DNA of 16,594 nt from Tubiluchus corallicola. Lineage: Eukaryota; Animalia; Priapulida. Below the pieces are notes generated by a model that did not search any database, was not told the origin of the DNA, and was given only the letters and a program-made list of their open reading frames with translations. The translations under genes and the position numbers were made by a program. Location of the stretch: the NCBI GenBank assembly GCA_030141605.1, contig JAQGDQ010002050.1:1-16594 (forward strand), given 5' to 3'. This document shows positions 10,179-16,594 of the stretch, one piece after another. The number at the start of each line of letters is the position of its first letter. Positions within the stretch are counted from its first letter, which is position 1.

Positions 10179-10392
10179 GTAAATAGATTAGAAGATTTGT
10201 GCAGTTAGAAAGTTTGAAGAAATCAAGTGCAGAAATGACCTTCTGTACCTGCTGACCACTGGTCTTTTCATTGGGCAACAACAGAGTAAATAGATTAGAA
10301 GATTTGTGAAGTTAGAAAGTTTGAAGAAATCAAATGTAGAAATGACCTTCTGTACCTGTTGACCACTGGTCTTTTCATTGGGCAACAACAGA
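10179..10392. repeat. Tandem duplication, 107-bp unit, spanning the 3' end of exon D and its donor site
   Basis: gtaaatagattagaagatttgtg...cattgggcaacaacaga starts at 10179 and 10286. The second copy overlaps exon D. Confidence 0.95.
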
Positions 10393-10472
10393 GCTGCATG
10401 ATTAGCTGTCTTCAATAGCAGAGCCAAATATGAGAAAGTTAGAGAATTCACAAAAACGCCCTTTCCGTTTTT
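10356..10472 (-). CDS. ERCC6L2: ERCC6L2-like exon D
   Basis: Acceptor ctatttcttttacag| and donor CAG|gtacag. Encodes KNGKGVFVNSLTFSYLALLLKTANHAALLLPNEKTSGQQ (SNF2 L.K..NH motif). 117 nt, phase 0/0. Confidence 0.9.
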
Positions 10473-10625
10473 CTGTAAAAGAAATAGAGCGTAAATTCAA
10501 ATTCACATCCTAGAGATGGCGTCATACCAACATGAATCATTCTACTGTAATTTTATTCATTCTGTAACACATTTATACTGTAAAATATATGGTATAAAAT
10601 GTATACCATAGTCCCAATATATACT

Positions 10626-11175
10626 GTAAATTTAAACTCCCGCGATGACCATTAAGTGCAGCCATTTTAATGTTAGATCGTTTGAAACAAGTTTAGATAA
10701 CATTGCTCGAAGTTTGAAAAAATAATGCGAGCATTCATAGCACACATGTTACTAACTAAGTAAAATTATTGTATCTTGCCAATAAGATTAAAAATATGTT
10801 TTTGGTTAATGAGTGGCGCACCCTGGAGGGTGAGCCAGCGACATTTTACCAATTGGCACGAACATTTTTAATTTTTATTTCTAGTTATGTAAATGTTTGT
10901 AGCTGGTCAGTGAAATGCTAAGTAATATAGATTTGCATGGAAAGTTTTTTGGGACATAATTTAACATCGCCTTTTCTTCCCTTGCTTTACGTTTGCGTAT
11001 ATGACGTCATGTAATGGCGCAGTCGAAACAGTATTGGGAGAGATTTAAAATAAAAACAAACAAAAATTCCTTCTAATTCGAGTACGATATGTGGATAAAA
11101 TTGCCGTAGAATAATATAATCCTTAATGCGATTTTTCTGAAACCTGCTTGACGTACCCCTTTTCTTGTCCTTTAA
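10626..11175. mobile_element. Kolobok/T2-MITE-like non-autonomous element, copy 1 (one end missing)
   Basis: Diverged homologue of ~14245..14812. Ends in ttttcttgtcct+TTAA (TTAA-AGGACAAG on minus), the TTAAAGG end typical of Kolobok/T2 MITEs. Confidence 0.7.
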
Positions 11176-11505
11176 CCAGAATTTCTTAGCAATAGTTTCT
11201 ATGTGAGAAATTCCGGACCACGCCTATATGGTTCTAAATGCGAAGACTACTGTATTTATTAGTGCCTAACTTAATCAAGTTTCACAACTTGACTTACATC
11301 CACTTCATAAGCTTAGCAGAATTTCGAAAAATGATAAACAGACTGAGACACTTCAAAATGCGATTAAGCTTTCACAGTATGAGTGAAACCAACATAACTT
11401 AATATATATCAGCCTTACATCGCAAGACGTTTAGTATTATTAAACAAACTTAGATAGACCATCGGTCTTTCAAGCACGGCACAATTAACATCCTGAATCA
11501 CTAAC

Positions 11506-11654
11506 CTTATAACAACATTTTCGCCTTTGCTTGGAGCTACCGCAGTCACACGGCTCAGCTTGTTTCAAGATCAACTGCACATCTTCAGTAGCCAAGATTG
11601 CTTTATATGCAGCTGCCTGTATGTCAGCTAATTTACAAAACACTACGCTGTCAT
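11506..11654 (-). CDS. ERCC6L2: ERCC6L2-like exon C (linker with Cys cluster)
   Basis: Acceptor gtatttttacag| and donor AAG|gttagt. Encodes (D)DSVVFCKLADIQAAAYKAILATEDVQLILKQAEPCDCGSSKQRRKCCYK; the EPCxC...RRxCCYK motif is characteristic of ERCC6L2. 149 nt. Confidence 0.93.
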
Positions 11655-11696
11655 CTGTAAAAATACTTTACAATAATTTGCTTGCTTCCATGTTAA

Positions 11697-12145
11697 GAGA
11701 TGTCATTTTATCATGGAATCATTGAAGATCAGTATTCTACACTATTTTACAGGCTCACACTGTGGACTACTTGTGGTCTGTACATTAGAAACTAATTAGA
11801 AACTAAAGAATTGATCAAAATATATGGTAGCACCTTACAGGAGCATTATGAGATGTCATTTTATCAAGGAATCATTGAAGATCAGCATTCTACGCCATTT
11901 TACAGGCTCACACTGTGGATTACTTGTGGTCTGTACATTAGAAACTAATTAGAAACTAAAGAATTGAACAGAATATATGGTAGCACCTTACAGCAGCACT
12001 ATGAGATGAAGTTTTTATCATGGAATAATTGAAGAACAGTATTCTACACTATTTTACAGGCTCACACAGTGGACAACTTGTGATCTATACATTAGAAACT
12101 AGAGAATTGATCAGAATATATGGTAGCACCTTACAGTAGCATTAT
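11697..12145. repeat. Tandem repeat, 153-bp unit, 3 copies
   Basis: gagatg...ttttatca recurs at 11697, 11850 and 12003. The third copy lacks one attagaaact duplicate. Confidence 0.95.
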
Positions 12146-12298
12146 TTTGCCTTCAGCTTTGGTCGTTCTCAATGCCAAGTCAGTAGTGATGAAAATGAAA
12201 AAACATTTTATGTTGGATGTTGCACTTACAAGTATAAAAGGCAACACTAGCGCAAGACCATCTTTGTACTTATTAGTCAGCCAATTTTATCAGAAGAA

Positions 12299-12964
12299 GA
12301 ATCTTGGGGTGGTGTATATAAAAGTAATCTGGAAGCTTTACAAATTACCCAGAACAAAATTCTCAAACTAATATATCATGTAAGGTATGACCATCCCACA
12401 AATATAATTTACTTGTCTGTTAAAACTCTTAAAGTGAAAGAAATATATGACATGTATTGTCTTCATTTCATGTATCAGTATCATAATTCACTACTTCCAG
12501 CAGCTTTTCAGTCATACTTTAGTCCAGTTTCAAATCAACATGATCATTACACAAGACATTCAGTCGAAAACTATGTACTCCACCTTCCAAAAACAAATAT
12601 AATGAAACAGTCATCAAAATATAATACTATTAAAATATGATCATCAATTCCGCGTAAAATGAAAACTCTTAAACTTTATCAATTTGAAAAAGCATCAAAG
12701 AATTACTTACTACAACGGTATAATTAACTCACAATTTTACTAATCCTGATCTTAAGTTACTAACAAAACTTATTTTGTTCTAATGTACGTTATAACTGAT
12801 GAAAATGTAATGTTAATTGTCAATTGTTTCACTTATCTGGAGGAGGACTCGAAAGCTCAATGCTCCGTCCCCCTCCTCACAGTAACTAGCATAGTTTTTT
12901 TTTTCAATGTTATATCAATTTGTATGTATGTTTGAGTTGCTGTGGAATAAATTCATAATTCATT
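12299..12964 (+). mobile_element. L2/CR1-group LINE 3' fragment, family 3, pseudogenised
   Basis: One frame 12299..12727 reads ESWGGVYKSNLEALQITQNKILKLIY...LKVKEIY...HDHYTR...KYNTIKI*SSIP...FEKASKNYLLQRYN*, with TGA where W is expected. 3'UTR stem-loop ggaggaggac...gtccccctcc (~12839-12877), then AATAAA and a ttcataattcatt tail. Confidence 0.85.
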
Positions 12965-13242
12965 AGTCTGTGACGAAAGCATGAAAGAAATTATACAAAT
13001 AATATTGCTTTTAATTGTATAACTATAGGTTGCCATATTATATTTGCTTACTAAATTTACATAGCAACAACAACTATAGGAACTCCTAATATCAGAGCAG
13101 AAGGGTTCATATAATTATCTAAGGGGTCTAACAATACTGGGGAAAGAGCTTACATAGAGACGAAGAGAATATAATACTTTTCTTTCTCTCAAGGTAAGAC
13201 CTGCACATTTCAAAACAAGTTGATAAACAAACAGGAATTTAC

Positions 13243-13326
13243 CTTTTGTTGGCAGTTGGTCAATGATTATCAACTTTGTTCTTCGGAGTAACCATTTACT
13301 TTTCAAGCTTGAAAATTTGCACTTTT
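13243..13326 (-). CDS. ERCC6L2: ERCC6L2-like exon B (SNF2 'LRRTK' motif)
   Basis: Acceptor tgttacttttctag| and donor |gtaaat. Encodes (K)KCKFSSLKSKWLLRRTKLIIIDQLPTK, containing the SNF2 LRRxK..LP.K motif. 84 nt, overlaps ORF 13115..13306. Confidence 0.92.
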
Positions 13327-13373
13327 CTAGAAAAGTAACAGGCAGTTACTGCGCGGGTTAATATATTATCCCA

Positions 13374-13811
<438 letters not shown>

Positions 13812-14114
13812 GACATGTCATACGTGACAGCAGCAACCATCATGTGTATGGGCCATCATCTAACAATAACATCATATGTATTAACAAATATTATGGCGTA
13901 TGCTGGCAGCATCAGCGTGGCTGTGTATGCGTGACCATTAGGCGCAACAACAAGCGCTGGTAGCTATTAAAAATAATAATGCATCATAAATCTCGCGCTT
14001 TTTGCGCGCTGCATCTCTCTCTGTTTAATTTCTTTTATAAAAGGGAAGATATAAAACATTCCCAGATAATACTGTGATTAACATTGGTAGAAATGTGCAG
14101 TTATGTGCAAAGGC

Positions 14115-14812
14115 TTAAAACACAGGAAAACCCTCCACCTTCTTCCTTTACTATTCTTAAAAAATTCCTCTTGAAATTTTATACCACTTACGTACTGCCT
14201 TTTCGCATGCAGGGCTTGCATTGGCAGTAACGCTGTATAAAACGCGTAAACTTAAACTTCTGCGACGACCATTAGATGCAGCCATTTTGACAATAAGTTA
14301 TTTGAAACAAGTTTAGATAACATTATGTAAAGTTTGAAAAAATAATCAGAGCATTCATAGCACACATGTTACTAATTAAGAAAAATTTTAATTTACTGTA
14401 TTTTGTTAATAAGATTAAAAAACGTTTTTTGGTTAGTGAGTGGTGCACCCTGGAGGTGAGTCAAAGACATTTTACCAATTAGTGAAAACATTTTAAATTA
14501 TTAATAATTTTCTTTTCCAGTAACATAAATCTTTCAAGAAGGTAAGCAAAATGCTAAGTAACATAACATTTTATGGAAGGTTTTTTGCAACATAGTTTAA
14601 CATTTAATTTTCTTCCCCTGATTTACATTATGCATATATGAAGTCACATAATGGCACACTCGGAACAGTACTGCGGCAGATTTAAAATGAAAACAAACAA
14701 AAAATCCTTTCAACGCGAGTACGACATCCCCATAAAATTGCTCTAAATAAATATCATTTTTAAGGCGATTTTTCTGAAACCTATTTCATGTACCCCTTTT
14801 CTTGTCCTCTAA
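14115..14812. mobile_element. Kolobok/T2-MITE-like element, copy 2 (possibly full length)
   Basis: Homologous to 10626..11175. Right end ttttcttgtcct+ctaa. Candidate left end TTAA+aacacaggaaaa matches the expected TIR aggacaagaaaa at 9/12 positions. Confidence 0.6.
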
Positions 14813-14903
14813 GATGACAATGAGTTCAATTTAAAACAATGCCGACTACTGCCCATCACGAGAAGTTACTATAGAACTGACCACTAGAATAATAAGTGCT
14901 CAC

Positions 14904-15019
14904 TTTTACGGGCTTCAGCTAGCTCACGCTTTGTCGCATCGCGTCGTTGACCTTGCTCAATAACATTCACAAATTCTTCAGTAAAATCCTGTAACTGACC
15001 CAAGCAACCGGGATTGGCC
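14904..15019 (-). CDS. ERCC6L2: ERCC6L2-like SNF2 ATPase, internal exon A (end of N-terminal ATPase lobe)
   Basis: Acceptor tttatactaatttattcatag| and donor |gtgagc. Manual translation (W)ANPGCLGQLQDFTEEFVNVIEQGQRRDATKRELAEARK resembles the remembered ERCC6L2 segment WAVPG..G...F...VE.GQR..ATKRELA. 116 nt, phase-compatible with the next exon. Confidence 0.9.
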
Positions 15020-15037
15020 CTATGAATAAATTAGTAT

Positions 15038-16594
15038 AAAGAAATATGAAATTGTGTTGAACTGTGAGAGACTGAAGTTAGTGTAGACTGTTGTAGACTG
15101 GTTCACGCTGGGGGTTGATACAAAGAATATGAAATTGTATTGAACTGTGAAAGACTGAAGTTAGTATAGACTGTTGTAGATTGGTTCACTCTGGTGGTTG
15201 AAACAAAGAATATGAAATTGTGTTGAACTGTGAGAGACTGAAGTTAGTGTAGACTGTTGTAGACTGGTTCACTCTGGTGGTTGAAACAAAGAATATGAAA
15301 TTGTGTTGAACTGTGAGAGACTGAAGTTAGTGTAGACTGGTTCACTCTGGTGGTTGAAACAAAGAATATGAAATTGTGTTGAACTGTGAGAGACTGAAGT
15401 TAGTGTAGACTGTTGTAGACTGGTTCACTCTGGTGGTTGAAACAAAGAATATGAAATTGTGTTGAACTGTGAGAGACTGAAGTTAGTGTAGACTGTTGTA
15501 GACTGGTTCACTCTGGTGGTTGAAACAAAGAATATGAAATTGTGTTGAACTGTGAAAGACTGAAGTTAGTGTAGACTGGTTCACTCTGGTGGTTGAAACA
15601 AAGAATATGAAATTGTGTTGAACTGTGAGAGACTGAAGCTAGTGTAGACTGTTGTAGACTGGTTCACTCTGGTGGTTGAAACAAAGAATATGAAATTGTG
15701 TTGAACTGTGAGGGACTGAAGTTAGCATAGACTGCTGTAGACTGATTTACTCTGGTGGTTGAAACAAAGAATATGAAATTGTGTTGAACTGTGAGAGACT
15801 GAAGTTAGTGTAGACTGTTGTAGACTGGTTCACTCTGGTGGTTGAAACAAAGAATATGAAATTGTGTTGAACTGTGAGAGACTGAAGTTAGTGTAGACTG
15901 TTGTAGACTGGTTCACTCTGGTGGTTGAAACAAAGAATATGAAATTGTGTTGAACTGTGAAAGACTGAAGTTAGTATAGACTGTTGTAGACTGGTTCACT
16001 CTGGTGGTTGAAACAAAGAATATGAAATTGTGTTGAACTGTGAGAGACTGAAGTTAGTGTAGACTGTTGTAGACTGGTTCACTCTGGTGGTTGAAACAAA
16101 GAATATGAAATTGTGTTGAACTGTGAAAGACTGAAGTTAGCATAGACTGTTGTAGATTGGTTCACTCTGGTGGTTGAAACAAAGAATATGAAATTGTGTT
16201 GAACTGTGAAAGACTGAAGTTAGGGTAGACTGATTTACTCTGGTGGTTGAAACAAAGAATATGAAATTGTGTTGAACTGTGAGAGACTGGAGTTAGTGTA
16301 GACTGTTGTAGACTGGTTCACTCTGGTGGTTGAAACATAGAATATGAAATTGTGTTGAACTGTGAGAGACTGAAGTTAGTGTAGACTGTTGTAGACTGGT
16401 TCACTCTGGTGGTTGAAACAAAGAATATGAAATTGTGTTGAACTGTGAGAGACTGAAGTTAGTATAGACTGTTGTAGACTGGTTCACTCTGGTGGTTGAA
16501 ATAAAGAATATGAAATTGTGTTGAACTGTGAGAGACTGAAGTTAGTGTAGACTGTTGTAGACTGGTTCACTCTGGTGGTTGAAACAAAGAATAT
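15038..16594. repeat. Intronic minisatellite/satellite, 83-bp unit, at least 19 copies, truncated by the window edge
   Basis: Unit caaagaatatgaaattgtgttgaactgtgagagactgaagttagtgtagactgttgtagactggttcactctggtggttgaaa recurs every 83 bp. Three 73-bp variants (starts 15287, 15526, 16180) lack one copy of an internal 10-bp duplicate. Confidence 0.98.

Noticed and set aside
15038-16594. CRISPR array (regular period, units containing GTTGAAAC like CRISPR repeat ends)
   Set aside because: The whole 83-bp unit is repeated with no unique spacers, there are no cas genes, and it sits in a spliceosomal intron.

Overview
AT-rich eukaryotic (most likely invertebrate animal) genomic DNA. The window is the interior of one spliced minus-strand gene encoding a SNF2-family ATPase that I recognise as an ERCC6L2 (RAD26L) orthologue. 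Nine exons are well supported and a tenth is likely. They join in frame through GT-AG junctions and cover the end of the first ATPase lobe, the Cys-rich linker, the HELICc lobe and an acidic tail. The gene's start and end lie outside the window. The introns hold 5'-truncated LINE remnants (two RTE-like, four L2/CR1-group 3' ends), a complete TA-flanked Tc1/mariner-pogo-type MITE, two copies of a TTAA-ended Kolobok/T2-like element, many short tandem duplications (about 90-170 bp units), an AAT/AACAAT microsatellite and an 83-bp satellite that runs off the right edge. I see no prokaryotic system, no CRISPR array and no convincing new multi-gene system. The best leads concern splicing: an in-frame read-through from an ERCC6L2 exon into a LINE C-terminus with a poly(A) signal, a satellite built of branch-point/acceptor-like modules next to a real acceptor, a duplicated splice donor and a possible poison exon. 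All family assignments come from remembered motifs, not database searches.
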